A stretch of DNA of 64,000 bases from SAR86 cluster bacterium (lineage in GTDB: Bacteria; Pseudomonadota; Gammaproteobacteria; Magnimaribacterales; AG-339-G14). Below are positions 30,082 to 39,990 of this stretch, one piece after another. The position numbers were made by a program, and so were the translations under genes. Under the pieces are notes generated by a model. That model was not told the DNA's origin. It ran no database searches and worked only from the letters and a program-made list of their open reading frames with translations. Where the stretch lies: assembly GCA_028140145.1 (NCBI GenBank), contig JAOIOC010000002.1:2297-66296 (forward strand), written 5' to 3'. Numbering within the stretch: the first letter of the stretch is position 1; every line of letters starts with the position of its first letter.

Positions 30082-32820
30082 TTAGTTAAGTTTATTTAAG
30101 TTCTTTAAATGTAATTGAATAGACTTAGATTCTTTAAGTGTCTGCTTATATTGACGTTTTCTCTCGTTTACAAGGCTTTTAGGAGCGCTTGAAATAAACT
30201 TTTTGTTGCTTAAAGTATTTTCAATATTGGCCAAATTTTTGGTTACTTTCTGTAATTTTTGCTCATTTCTTAATTTTTCTGATACAGGATCTACGTTTCC
30301 TTCAAAAGGTATATGAAATTTGAGATCATGTGAAACAACTATGGCGCAGGGTTTATCTATCTCTAATACTTTTAAATTTTTTATTCCGGCAAGTTTTTTT
30401 AAATGATCTGAGTTTTCGAGAATAAAATTCAGTGAAGTTTTATTGCCCGATATAAACACTTCTTCAAGCTTTAAAGATGCAATGCCCATCTCAGCTTTCA
30501 TGTTTCTTATTGACGATATTGAGTTTTTCAAATTTTCTATTTCTTTGAATTTTGACCCTGAAATTCTTACTTTTTTTGGAAACGATTGATTTAACAAGAA
30601 TGATTGTTTTTTTCCGGAAGCAATCTGATTCCAGATTTCTTCTGTAATAAAAGGCATAAATGGATGACAAAGTTTTAAGATTGACTCAAGAATGTGCAGC
30701 AAACCAGATATGATCCTATCTACTTCGCTCTTCTTAATATTGTTTGAATCAAGTCGATTTTTTGAAAACTCGATGTACCAATCACAGAAATCATTCCATA
30801 CGAATTCGTAAACACTTTGAGTGGCTAAATCAAATCTATAATTATCCATATGCGTATTCATAGAAACTATCGTGTTATTTAATTTCTCCACAATCCATTT
30901 ATCTTCGGGAGTTTTCATAAATTGATTAGTCTTTTTGAAACTAGCTGGCTTATTTAATTCAATGAATCTAGAGGCATTCCATAGTTTGTTACAAAAGTTT
31001 CTATAACCTTCTACGCGCTTCATATCAAAATTAATATCTCTACTTCCAGAAGCAAGAGACAAAAAAGTAAATCTCAAAGCATCAGTGCCGTGAGCTTTTA
31101 TTCCTTCAGGATAATCTTTCTTTGTTTGTTTGATTATCTTCTGCTCGTCGTCTGGATTTAACAGACCAGAAATTCTTTTTGAAATAAGAGCTTCTAAATT
31201 TATTCCGTCAATAATATCCAAAGGATCAAGAACATTTCCTTTTGACTTAGACATTTTTTGTCCTTCACTATCTCTGATAAGCCCAGTAATGTAGATTTCT
31301 TTAAACGGTATTACCTTTGTGAAATGCTTTGTCATCATAATCATCCGGGCGACCCAAAAAAAGATGATGTCGAAACCAGTTACTAATAATGAGGTAGGGT
31401 GATACTTATCTAATCTTTTTGTTTGTTGGGGCCAACCAAGGGTAGCAAAAGTCCACAAAGAGGAAGAAAACCAAGTATCCAGAACATCTTGATCTTGAAC
31501 CAAGGATACTTTTTTATCTAATTTATATTTTTTTCTAATATCTTTTTCGTTTTCCCCGCAATACTCACCTCCACCTTGGTCATACCAAATTGGGATTTGA
31601 TGACCCCACCACAATTGCCTACTGATGCACCAATCTTGAAGCTCGTTCATCCAAGAGAAATAGGTTTTTTTCCAATTATCAGGAATAAAATTGATTGACT
31701 TTTTTTTGACCAAGCTCAAGGCTTCCTTACCAATAAGGTCTGTATTTAAATACCATTGATCTGTTAGGTAAGGCTCTAGTATCGTATCGGATCTTTCTGC
31801 TCTTGGAATTGATAATTTATGCGGTTCAATTCTCTCTAACATCTGGATATCTTTTAAAGATTTAATAATTTCTCTTCTGGCATCAAAACGATCCATGCCT
31901 GAGAAAGGGGCCGGGGTCTCAGCATTCAAAGTGCCATCAGGATTCAAAATATTTATAGGTTCTAGTCCATGTTTTATGCCTAATTCATAATCATTAAAAT
32001 CATGACCAGGAGTGATCTTCAAACAACCAGTTCCAAAATCTTTATCAACGTACGGATCAGCAATGATGGGGATATATTTATCGGTAAAAGGTATTTTTGC
32101 TTTTAAACCTATTAATTTTTTATATCTTTTGTCTTTGGGATGAACAGCTATTGCCTGATCACCAAACATTGTTTCAGGCCGGGTTGTAGCAACAATAATA
32201 AAGCCATCTCCAACTTCGTATTTGATATGCCAAATATTCCCATTTTCTTCCCTCGTGGTTACCTCTAAGTCGGATAAGCCAGTCTCATTTTTGGGATCCC
32301 AATTAACCAATCTATTTTTTTTATAAATCAGTCCTTTTTCGTAAAGTTCAATGAATACTTTTCTTACAATATGCGCATAATCTTCATCCATGGTGAAAGC
32401 TTCATTTTCCCAGTCTAAAGATGCACCTAACCTTCTTAATTGACTTGTGATGGTATTTCCTGACTTGCTTTTCCACTTCCAGACTTCTTTGATAAATCTA
32501 TCTCTCCCTAATTTATTTTTACTTTTATTTTTCTTTTCAAGATTTCTTTCAACGACTATTTCTGTTGATATGCCTGCATGATCTGTGCCTGGTTGCCATA
32601 ACACATCGTATCCATTCATTCGTTTGTATCTACAAATCGAATCCATGATAGAAGTTTGAAAGCCATGCCCCATGTGTAGAACCCCTGTCACATTTGGGGG
32701 CGGAAGCATGATAGAGAAAGCTTTGCTATTTTTCTTTAAGCTTGGTGAAAATAATTTAGATTCTTCCCATTTAGAAGACCACAATCTCTCAATTTTTTTG
32801 GGTTGGTATTTAGAATCCAT
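30082..32820 (-). CDS. valS: Valine--tRNA ligase
   Basis: Class I HIGH (PPPNVTGVLHMGH) and KMSKS motifs, with a C-terminal coiled coil. 912 aa. Confidence 0.97.
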   Translation of the reverse strand: MDSKYQPKKIERLWSSKWEESKLFSPSLKKNSKAFSIMLPPPNVTGVLHMGHGFQTSIMDSICRYKRMNGYDVLWQPGTDHAGISTEIVVERNLEKKNKSKNKLGRDRFIKEVWKWKSKSGNTITSQLRRLGASLDWENEAFTMDEDYAHIVRKVFIELYEKGLIYKKNRLVNWDPKNETGLSDLEVTTREENGNIWHIKYEVGDGFIIVATTRPETMFGDQAIAVHPKDKRYKKLIGLKAKIPFTDKYIPIIADPYVDKDFGTGCLKITPGHDFNDYELGIKHGLEPINILNPDGTLNAETPAPFSGMDRFDARREIIKSLKDIQMLERIEPHKLSIPRAERSDTILEPYLTDQWYLNTDLIGKEALSLVKKKSINFIPDNWKKTYFSWMNELQDWCISRQLWWGHQIPIWYDQGGGEYCGENEKDIRKKYKLDKKVSLVQDQDVLDTWFSSSLWTFATLGWPQQTKRLDKYHPTSLLVTGFDIIFFWVARMIMMTKHFTKVIPFKEIYITGLIRDSEGQKMSKSKGNVLDPLDIIDGINLEALISKRISGLLNPDDEQKIIKQTKKDYPEGIKAHGTDALRFTFLSLASGSRDINFDMKRVEGYRNFCNKLWNASRFIELNKPASFKKTNQFMKTPEDKWIVEKLNNTIVSMNTHMDNYRFDLATQSVYEFVWNDFCDWYIEFSKNRLDSNNIKKSEVDRIISGLLHILESILKLCHPFMPFITEEIWNQIASGKKQSFLLNQSFPKKVRISGSKFKEIENLKNSISSIRNMKAEMGIASLKLEEVFISGNKTSLNFILENSDHLKKLAGIKNLKVLEIDKPCAIVVSHDLKFHIPFEGNVDPVSEKLRNEQKLQKVTKNLANIENTLSNKKFISSAPKSLVNERKRQYKQTLKESKSIQLHLKNLNKLN

Positions 32821-33257
32821 TATCCAATATAGTTTGGTTTAATTCCGTATTCTAAACAAACTTTAAAACTCTCTCTCGCAATCTTTTGATATTCACCACC
32901 ATCTTCAATAACCAATTGATAAGAGGATTTAAAATCTTGAAAATTCGAAGGCAATTTTGGGTTCAAATTAATCAAATAAGTATTTTTATTACAAGGATGC
33001 TTTATTCCAGGGAAGGAAATCAAAATTGGAGTATCAGGTGAATCTAAATCATTACAGATTTTATGAGGTAGAAAAATATCTGAAATATTTTCCCAAAGAA
33101 AGTCATCTAATTTTTTTGCTTGATTTAGATTTTCACAATTTATGACAATATAATTTTTCTCGTCAGATTCAATATTTTTCCAATAGAGGTCTTTGGTAAA
33201 TTGACAGCAAAACTTTTCTCCCTCGTCTAAGGAAGTTCCAGCCTTGTAAAATTCCAT
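32820..33257 (-). CDS. holC: DNA polymerase III chi subunit
   Basis: 145 aa. Conserved position between pepA and valS. The KLDDFLW motif region resembles HolC. Confidence 0.8.
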   Translation of the reverse strand: MEFYKAGTSLDEGEKFCCQFTKDLYWKNIESDEKNYIVINCENLNQAKKLDDFLWENISDIFLPHKICNDLDSPDTPILISFPGIKHPCNKNTYLINLNPKLPSNFQDFKSSYQLVIEDGGEYQKIARESFKVCLEYGIKPNYIG

Positions 33258-33260
33258 TAA

Positions 33261-34766
33261 TTACGATTGAGACAATAGGTAATTAGTTAAGAGTGGAACG
33301 GGTCTTCCTCTTGAGGCTTTCGCTTTTCCAGACCCATGAGCTGTCCCGGCTACATCAAGATGCGCCCAAGGATACTTTTTAGTAAACCTTGAAAGGAAAC
33401 AAGCAGCAGTAATTGTTCCAGCTCGCCCACCAATGTTGGCTATATCAGCAAAATTACTATCCAAATCACCTTGATATTCATCCCATAGAGGCAATTGCCA
33501 TGCTTTGTCCATTGAGGCATGACCAGCATCTATTATTTTGTCGGCTAATTTCTGATTATTACTCATTAAACCTGAAGCAACATGACCTAATGCAACTATC
33601 ACTGCTCCAGTTAATGTAGCTATATCTATGACATTTTTAGGCTTAAATCTTTCTACATAGGTGAGTGCATCGCAAAGAACTAAACGTCCTTCTGCATCTG
33701 TATTAAGTATCTCCACAGTTTGCCCAGACATTGTTTTAACAACATCTCCGGGTTTGGTTGCCTTGCTGCCAGGCATATTTTCAGCAGAAGCGACCACTCC
33801 AATGATATTAGACTTTGGTTTTATCAAAGCAATAGCCTCCATGGTTCCTAGAACGCTCGCAGCCCCACTCATGTCATACTTCATTTCATCCATTGCTGGG
33901 CTTGGCTTTAAACTTATACCGCCAGTATCAAAAGTTATGCCTTTTCCAACAATAACTTCCGGTTGTTCCGTTTTTTTACCACCTTTGTATTCGATAATAA
34001 TGAACTTAGATTCTTGTACACTCCCATTTCCAACAGACAAAAGACAATGCATTCCAAGCTTTTCCATTTCTTTTTCACCAAGAACTTTCACAGATAGATT
34101 TTTATATTTTCTTCCAAGCTCTTTAGCAGTATTTCCAAGGTAAGTGGGCGTACAAATATTTGCAGGAGTATTGCCAAGCTCCTTCATTCTGTTTATCCCA
34201 ACACCAATGTTAGTCCCAATAGATATTGATTTTCTGAGATCGGTGATATCTTTTTTGGAGTTAATATGTAAATTTACGGACGCAAGAATATTATTTTTTT
34301 GTTCTTTTTTTCCATCAAAAATATATTTATAAGTCGATGATTCCAACTGCATTGAAAGGTTTTGCAAGAACCAAGAAATATCTCTTTTTTCAAATTTAAT
34401 TTCTGGAAGAAACAAAGAAACTTTTTTTGTATTTGCTGTTTTTGCTAAGGTGCAAATCTTAGTTATCAACTTCGATGCATCATCATCTTTGAATTTTTCT
34501 GACGTATTACCTAAACCTAATAAGAAAAACTTTTTATCTTTTTGATCTGCTAACGCGGGGATATAGCAAGAAGTATTAACTTTTCCTGAGAATTCTTTTC
34601 TTTTTGACAAAGTGTTCATTAGGCCCTTAGAAGCCTTATTAAATATATTTTTACTGGATTGAGAATTGCCATTTTCTTGAATACCAATAATAAGAGTTTC
34701 GTTTTTATCAGAAAGCATCTCATTTGGAGAAGTTATAGATAGGTTAATTTTTAAATTTGATGTCAT
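33261..34766 (-). CDS. pepA: Leucyl aminopeptidase (M17)
   Basis: NTDAEGRLVLCD signature and VGKGITFDTGGISLKP. 501 aa. Confidence 0.96.
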   Translation of the reverse strand: MTSNLKINLSITSPNEMLSDKNETLIIGIQENGNSQSSKNIFNKASKGLMNTLSKRKEFSGKVNTSCYIPALADQKDKKFFLLGLGNTSEKFKDDDASKLITKICTLAKTANTKKVSLFLPEIKFEKRDISWFLQNLSMQLESSTYKYIFDGKKEQKNNILASVNLHINSKKDITDLRKSISIGTNIGVGINRMKELGNTPANICTPTYLGNTAKELGRKYKNLSVKVLGEKEMEKLGMHCLLSVGNGSVQESKFIIIEYKGGKKTEQPEVIVGKGITFDTGGISLKPSPAMDEMKYDMSGAASVLGTMEAIALIKPKSNIIGVVASAENMPGSKATKPGDVVKTMSGQTVEILNTDAEGRLVLCDALTYVERFKPKNVIDIATLTGAVIVALGHVASGLMSNNQKLADKIIDAGHASMDKAWQLPLWDEYQGDLDSNFADIANIGGRAGTITAACFLSRFTKKYPWAHLDVAGTAHGSGKAKASRGRPVPLLTNYLLSQS

Positions 34767-34795
34767 TTATTACTCCTTAGTAAGCCAAATTTCTG

Positions 34796-34804
34796 TGGGA
34801 TAAT
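34796..34804 (+). promoter_or_regulatory. Candidate extended -10 promoter for lptF-lptG (TGg-GATAAT)
   Basis: TGG at 34796-34798 followed by GATAAT at 34799-34804, about 20 nt upstream of the lptF ATG in the pepA/lptF divergent gap. Confidence 0.3.
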
Positions 34805-34824
34805 ATCACCATAGACAAATTAAA

Positions 34825-35991
34825 ATGTTCAGCATTATATCTAAGTATATTATCAGAAGCTTCTTACAGACTTTTTTAGTTATATTCTCAGTACTATTTT
34901 TAGCCTTTTTCTTTCTAAGAAGCATTGATTTCCTTGAGATTGCAGCCAGAGGAGATATGTATCCACAAATTGCCTTGGGTTATATATTTTTTAATATTCC
35001 AAGTGTCATTGAAATTATTCTCCCTTTGAGCATCTTCCTCTCAACTTTAATTTGCTTTACAAGAATGAATACAAGCAATGAAATAAATTTCATGAGACAG
35101 ATGGGATTAAAGAGCTTTAACTTTCTAAAAATCCTAGCAATACCGATAATGTTAATGTCCTTTTTTGCACTATTTATATCTCTGATAGTTTCTCCTTATT
35201 CTCTTGACTCCTTGTACAAGCTTACAAGCAATCAAACTTTCTCTGATAGATTCAAAATGATGGGTGCAGGGAAGCCTACCTATTTTGAGGATGTGAATAC
35301 TACTTTTTTTGCCAAAGAATCTAATGACTTTGATTTTGGATTCAGTGAAATATTTGCATCAATTGAACATGAAGACTTAGAAGTCATTTTAACAGCAGAT
35401 CAAGTTTCCTCTATACCAACTGATAAAACTACCAACAGATTAACTTTTAAAAATGGGAAAATTGTTGGTCTAGAGATGGAGGGGGACTTTTTGATGGACT
35501 TCTCTCACCTAGAAATTACTTTTCCCAGAAAAATTAAAACCTCATCGACCGATCTAAGCCATCTCTCAATGACTAGCCTCATTTCAAACTTAGAAAGTAA
35601 TAGAGAACAATCAGAACTTTACAAAAGGCTATCAATTTTTGTATTAATCATTGTAAGTGCCTACGTTGCTCTAAATTTTGGAATTTCAAATCATAGGATT
35701 GGCTTCACAGTATCGTTAATTACAGGATCGTTATTCTTTTTACTTTATTTTGGTATTTATTTAGGTATGCAAAACTGGATTCTATCTTCTGAGTACAATC
35801 CATCTATTTCTTTTACTACTTTTCACTTTGTATTTTTTTTGGCGGGTGTTTTGCTAAGTTATTTTCTTAATAAAGAGTCACCCATAAATATTTACAGTAG
35901 TGGAGTAACTTCAATAAATTATTTCCAATTAATATTTAATCTAGTTCTTCTGGCCTTTGTAATTTATATGTTTTTCCATTTTTTAATCTAA
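34825..35991 (+). CDS. lptF: LPS export ABC permease LptF
   Basis: YjgP/YjgQ-type topology: N-terminal TMs (IIRSFLQTFLVIFSVLF), a central periplasmic domain and C-terminal TMs. Divergent from pepA, as in E. coli and Pseudomonas. Confidence 0.85.
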   Translation: MFSIISKYIIRSFLQTFLVIFSVLFLAFFFLRSIDFLEIAARGDMYPQIALGYIFFNIPSVIEIILPLSIFLSTLICFTRMNTSNEINFMRQMGLKSFNFLKILAIPIMLMSFFALFISLIVSPYSLDSLYKLTSNQTFSDRFKMMGAGKPTYFEDVNTTFFAKESNDFDFGFSEIFASIEHEDLEVILTADQVSSIPTDKTTNRLTFKNGKIVGLEMEGDFLMDFSHLEITFPRKIKTSSTDLSHLSMTSLISNLESNREQSELYKRLSIFVLIIVSAYVALNFGISNHRIGFTVSLITGSLFFLLYFGIYLGMQNWILSSEYNPSISFTTFHFVFFLAGVLLSYFLNKESPINIYSSGVTSINYFQLIFNLVLLAFVIYMFFHFLI

Positions 35992-37011
35992 ATGTTTAAG
36001 AGTCTATTTGATATAACTGGTGTGCTGATACAACTATCAATCCTAAAAAGCATAGGTTTGGTTTTTCTGATCCTTTTTTCTCTTGATTTCATTCTAATGA
36101 TGGTGGGTGAGTTACAAAATATATCTGATTATCAGAATTTTGAATCTTTTGTATATTCATTAGCTTTTAGTCTGCCTAAAAGAATTTATGATGTGATCCC
36201 TTTGGCCTGTTTGATTGGCGCAATAGTTTCATACGGAAGGCTTCAAGAGTCTGGAGAACTCATAGCCATAAGGGTTCTGGGAAAATCATTCAAACAAATC
36301 TTCTCTTCAATGCTTCTTCCAATATTTATCCTCTTATCAATAATGCTCGCGATAGGGGAATTTGTTATTCCTAATTCAAATTTGATGTCTGAAGTTTATA
36401 AAACAAATCCTCAGCAAGCGCAAAAAGCTCAGTGGTTAACAAGAAAAAATGAACTCATTTATCTTGGCGATATATCTAGCGATAAAATTGATAGTTTGAG
36501 AATTTATGAATTTAATTCTGAAGGCGATATTGATTCAGTTTATGAAAAAGATGAGTTTGATCTTTCGCTCGATCAAAAAGAAGCATCTTTCAAAGATAGA
36601 GCTTCCAAAAATCAAATACAAAAAATATGGAAAGCTCCTTCTAAAATTGAGCTTTCAAAATACATTAAGTTAAATAGACAACCCCCATCTTTACTTTTTC
36701 AGAATTTTAAATATTCAGATAGCACTAGAGAAAAGAACTTATTTCTGTGGCAGTTTCTAAAAAAAATTATACAACCAATATCTGTCTCAATTTTTGTGTT
36801 GTTAGCCCTAATCTTTTGCCAAGCATTCTTAAGAGATTATTCCATCACTTACAAGGTACTCACAGGGGTAGTTTTAACAATTTTTTTCAATTTTGCAGAA
36901 AAAATAGCGGGGAACGTCTCCATCGTTTTTGGCTTCAGCCCACTTATTACCACTTTTATTTTTCTTCTTGGGCTTCTAAGTCTTATTTTTTTATTCAGTA
37001 AAAGAATTTAA
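35992..37011 (+). CDS. lptG: LPS export ABC permease LptG
   Basis: Paralogous YjgP/YjgQ architecture, starting directly after the lptF stop. Confidence 0.85.
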   Translation: MFKSLFDITGVLIQLSILKSIGLVFLILFSLDFILMMVGELQNISDYQNFESFVYSLAFSLPKRIYDVIPLACLIGAIVSYGRLQESGELIAIRVLGKSFKQIFSSMLLPIFILLSIMLAIGEFVIPNSNLMSEVYKTNPQQAQKAQWLTRKNELIYLGDISSDKIDSLRIYEFNSEGDIDSVYEKDEFDLSLDQKEASFKDRASKNQIQKIWKAPSKIELSKYIKLNRQPPSLLFQNFKYSDSTREKNLFLWQFLKKIIQPISVSIFVLLALIFCQAFLRDYSITYKVLTGVVLTIFFNFAEKIAGNVSIVFGFSPLITTFIFLLGLLSLIFLFSKRI

Positions 37012-37433
37012 GAGCGAACTATTTTGGTCTTTGAGTAGATGTCACTGAGGCTTCTTTTATCTGTTCTAAACAGAATCACAAAAAAATTTAAACCTGCTAT
37101 TGATCCAAACAATAAGCCCAAAACCAATCTTTGAAGCATAGATTTTATAGAGACTGTTTGATTGTCATCTGCAACTAATTTTATTTTCCAAGCTTGCATT
37201 CCAAGGGTTTGTCCATCGTTGAAATGCCAAAAATAAACATAAAAAATAAAAGAAATTAAAAAATACGAAAGAAGCATCAAGTTACTTCCTAAGAAAGATG
37301 AAATGGCACCACCGTTAATGATAACGATCAATAAGGTGAAGCAGAGCAATATGCCTGTTATTAAAAGCAGGTCATAAAATAACGCCAATAATCTTCTAAA
37401 GAACATACTAGAATTATGATATCTTAAATTCAT
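37008..37433 (-). CDS. RDD-family membrane protein
   Basis: FFRRLLALFYDLLL, GQTLGMQAWKIKLV and RSLSDIYSKTKIV are typical RDD-domain features. Three TM helices. Confidence 0.75.
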   Translation of the reverse strand: MNLRYHNSSMFFRRLLALFYDLLLITGILLCFTLLIVIINGGAISSFLGSNLMLLSYFLISFIFYVYFWHFNDGQTLGMQAWKIKLVADDNQTVSIKSMLQRLVLGLLFGSIAGLNFFVILFRTDKRSLSDIYSKTKIVRS

Positions 37434-37439
37434 ATATTT

Positions 37440-38933
37440 ATGATGAATCCAGATACAGAAAATATAGCTTCAATCGACCAAGGATTTTTTGGCCATCCAA
37501 AAGGCTTAAGAACACTTTTTTTTACTGAACTTTGGGAAAGGATGTCCTATTACGGGATGCGAGGTTTATTGGTTCTCTACATGACTGTAGGAGTAACTGG
37601 CAATCCTGGTTTAAATTGGTCCAATGCAGAAGCAAATGCGATTTACGGCATCTATGCAGGAATGGTCTATTTCTTAGCTCTCCCAGGGGGATGGTTAGCT
37701 GATAACCTATTGGGCTATCAAAGAGCGGTTTTATTTGGAGCTTTGATCATAATGCTTGGTCACTTCACTTTAGCGATTCCATTAGAACAAACATTTATTC
37801 TAGGACTAATTTTAGTTGCTGCTGGAACAGGTTTACTTAAACCCAATATATCATCGATTGTTGGTCAGCTTTATTCTACTAACGACGATAGAAGAGATTC
37901 CGGTTTTACTATTTTCTACATGTCTATCAACATAGGAAGCATGCTTGGTTTTGCAGTCTGTGGATGGTTAGGGGAAAAAGTAGGATGGCATTGGGGATTT
38001 GGTGCAGCCGGATTTGGAATGCTCCTTGGTGTAATCCAATTTATTTATTTTAGAGGCCAACTTGGAGAAGCCGGTTTGAATCCGAATCCTAATTCTGATG
38101 AATATAAAACTAAGCTCAGAAATATTTCTTTAGGAATTATTGTGTTAGTTTCCTTAATAGTCCTCTCAGGCCTTTTAGGGTGGTGGTCGGTTGATGCAGT
38201 ATTTTTTGCTGAAAGATTTAGAGATTTCCTTGTCATCCTTTCAATGGTTTATTTTGCCTACCTTTTCCTTTTTGCCGGACTTAACTCAGCAGAGAAAAGA
38301 AACGTCTTGATGCTTCTATTATTGTTCATAGGTGCTGCAGCTTTTTGGTCTGGATTCGATCAATCAGCCGGATCTTTGACTATTTTTACAAGAGACTATG
38401 TTGATCTAACCTTTGGATCATTTACTGCACCTGTTAGCTGGACTCAATTTGCAAATCCACTGTTCGTAGTAATGTTCGCTCCGTTTTTTGCCTACATATG
38501 GGTATTCTTAGGAAAAAGGAATCTCAATCCAAACACTCCTGTTAAATTTGCTATAGGTTTAATCTTCATGGCATTGGGTTTTATAATCATGCTCTTTGCA
38601 GTCGATTACGCTTTAGTTTCATCCCCAGTAGGTGTCCAGTGGTTACTGTTAACTTATTTACTCCATACCTTTGGAGAGTTAGCTTTATCTCCAGTAGGGT
38701 TATCAGCTTTTTCTAAATACTCTCCAAAGAGATACTTAGGACAGATGATGGGATTGTGGTTTCTTGCCTCTTCCTTGGGAGGAGTCCTAGCAGGATTGTT
38801 CGGTGGTGAGGCAACGTCAACTGGATTAGATAGCATGACGCCTATATTTTCAGAGCTAGTTTATTACTACCTTGTTTTAGCAGTGGTTTTAATTGTTTTA
38901 TCTTTCTTTATTAAAGGAAAAGTTGAAGAGTAA
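37440..38933 (+). CDS. Proton-dependent oligopeptide transporter (POT/PTR2 family)
   Basis: PTR2 signature FTELWERMSYYGMRGLLVLYM and a ~14-TM profile. 497 aa. Confidence 0.92.
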   Translation: MMNPDTENIASIDQGFFGHPKGLRTLFFTELWERMSYYGMRGLLVLYMTVGVTGNPGLNWSNAEANAIYGIYAGMVYFLALPGGWLADNLLGYQRAVLFGALIIMLGHFTLAIPLEQTFILGLILVAAGTGLLKPNISSIVGQLYSTNDDRRDSGFTIFYMSINIGSMLGFAVCGWLGEKVGWHWGFGAAGFGMLLGVIQFIYFRGQLGEAGLNPNPNSDEYKTKLRNISLGIIVLVSLIVLSGLLGWWSVDAVFFAERFRDFLVILSMVYFAYLFLFAGLNSAEKRNVLMLLLLFIGAAAFWSGFDQSAGSLTIFTRDYVDLTFGSFTAPVSWTQFANPLFVVMFAPFFAYIWVFLGKRNLNPNTPVKFAIGLIFMALGFIIMLFAVDYALVSSPVGVQWLLLTYLLHTFGELALSPVGLSAFSKYSPKRYLGQMMGLWFLASSLGGVLAGLFGGEATSTGLDSMTPIFSELVYYYLVLAVVLIVLSFFIKGKVEE

Positions 38934-38937
38934 AACT

Positions 38938-39099
38938 TTAAAAAAAGTTATACCAAATTACCGATACTAGAAAACCTAAAAAGCTTAATTGCAAAGACAG
39001 CCACCATCTTTTCTTAGGATCGATTCCCTTGAAAATAAAAGTTGTTGCGTATGCGATTACATAAAGAGCCAGCCAAGTTAGAAGAAGATTTATGATCAT
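38938..39099 (-). CDS. Candidate small membrane protein (53 aa, two TM helices), not in the supplied ORF track
   Basis: My translation of the minus strand gives MIINLLLTWLALYVIAYATTFIFKGIDPKKRWWLSLQLSFLGFLVSVIWYNFF*. Its ATG (39097-39099) overlaps the dapD TAA (39099-39101) as TAATG. It fills a 165-nt gap that would otherwise be unusual in this genome. Confidence 0.4.
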   Translation of the reverse strand: MIINLLLTWLALYVIAYATTFIFKGIDPKKRWWLSLQLSFLGFLVSVIWYNFF

Positions 39100-39986
39100 T
39101 AATTATTATCGTGAAGGTCCTCATTTAACTCGTTCACGTTTCGGTTGTCTCGGCATTCAATAGAGCCGGTGATTGAATTTCTAATGAACAATAGATCAGA
39201 TTTATGCGCCAACTCCATCGCTTTGACAGTTTCTTTAACTTTTCCGTTTTCTATTACTTGAACCTTTGATGAACCAGTCACATAAAGGCCTGATTCAATT
39301 GTGCATCGATCTCCAAGAGGAATGCCTAAACCTGAATTTGCACCCAGCAGACAACTTTTTCCGATGGATATGATCACTTGGTTGCCTCCAGATAGAGTTC
39401 CAAGAGTAGATGCGCCTCCGCCAATATCAGATTTATCCCCAACCATCACCCCTTGAGCAATTCTGCCTTCAACCATTGCTTCTCCTAAGGTTCCACCATT
39501 GAAATTGACCGAACCTTCATGCATGACTGTTGTCCCTGGTCCAAGATAGGCTCCTAATCTGACTCTGCTGGCATCTGCTATCCTTACATCGTTCAATGCA
39601 ACGTAATCCGTTAAGCACGGAAACTTATCTACTGAATAAACTTTTACATATTCGCCTTTTTTTCTTTTTTCATTAAGAAATTCTTTTAATTCATTTGAAT
39701 CTATTGGACCAGCTGAGGTCCATGCTACCGTGTGTAATATGCCAAAAATACCGTCTAAATTAGTTTCGTTGGGCTTTACCAAGCGAAGAGAAAGAAGATG
39801 TAACTTCAGATAAGCTTCTGGGACTGAAGAGGGTGGCACATCATCAGAAACTTCTACCTTTTCATATCCTTCTTTGATTTTTGCAGCACTTGTAGATATA
39901 TCATCAGGTGAAAAATACATTTCAATGTATTCACCCTTTTTATTTTTGGTTCCTTTGCCAAAACCAATCCATTTTTGATTCATCAT
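39099..39986 (-). CDS. dapD: 2,3,4,5-tetrahydropyridine-2,6-dicarboxylate N-succinyltransferase
   Basis: C-terminal hexapeptide-repeat beta-helix (RLGAYLGPGTTVMHEGSVNFNGGTLG...), with an N-terminal domain of the Pseudomonas-type long DapD. Confidence 0.88.
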   Translation of the reverse strand: MMNQKWIGFGKGTKNKKGEYIEMYFSPDDISTSAAKIKEGYEKVEVSDDVPPSSVPEAYLKLHLLSLRLVKPNETNLDGIFGILHTVAWTSAGPIDSNELKEFLNEKRKKGEYVKVYSVDKFPCLTDYVALNDVRIADASRVRLGAYLGPGTTVMHEGSVNFNGGTLGEAMVEGRIAQGVMVGDKSDIGGGASTLGTLSGGNQVIISIGKSCLLGANSGLGIPLGDRCTIESGLYVTGSSKVQVIENGKVKETVKAMELAHKSDLLFIRNSITGSIECRDNRNVNELNEDLHDNN

Positions 39987-39990
39987 TTTT

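Noticed and set aside
33661-34143. 160-aa ORF, plus neighbouring 62-68-aa ORFs, antisense to pepA.
   Set aside because: It is embedded in the M17 aminopeptidase gene, has no recognisable motif, and has the same antisense-frame artefact composition.
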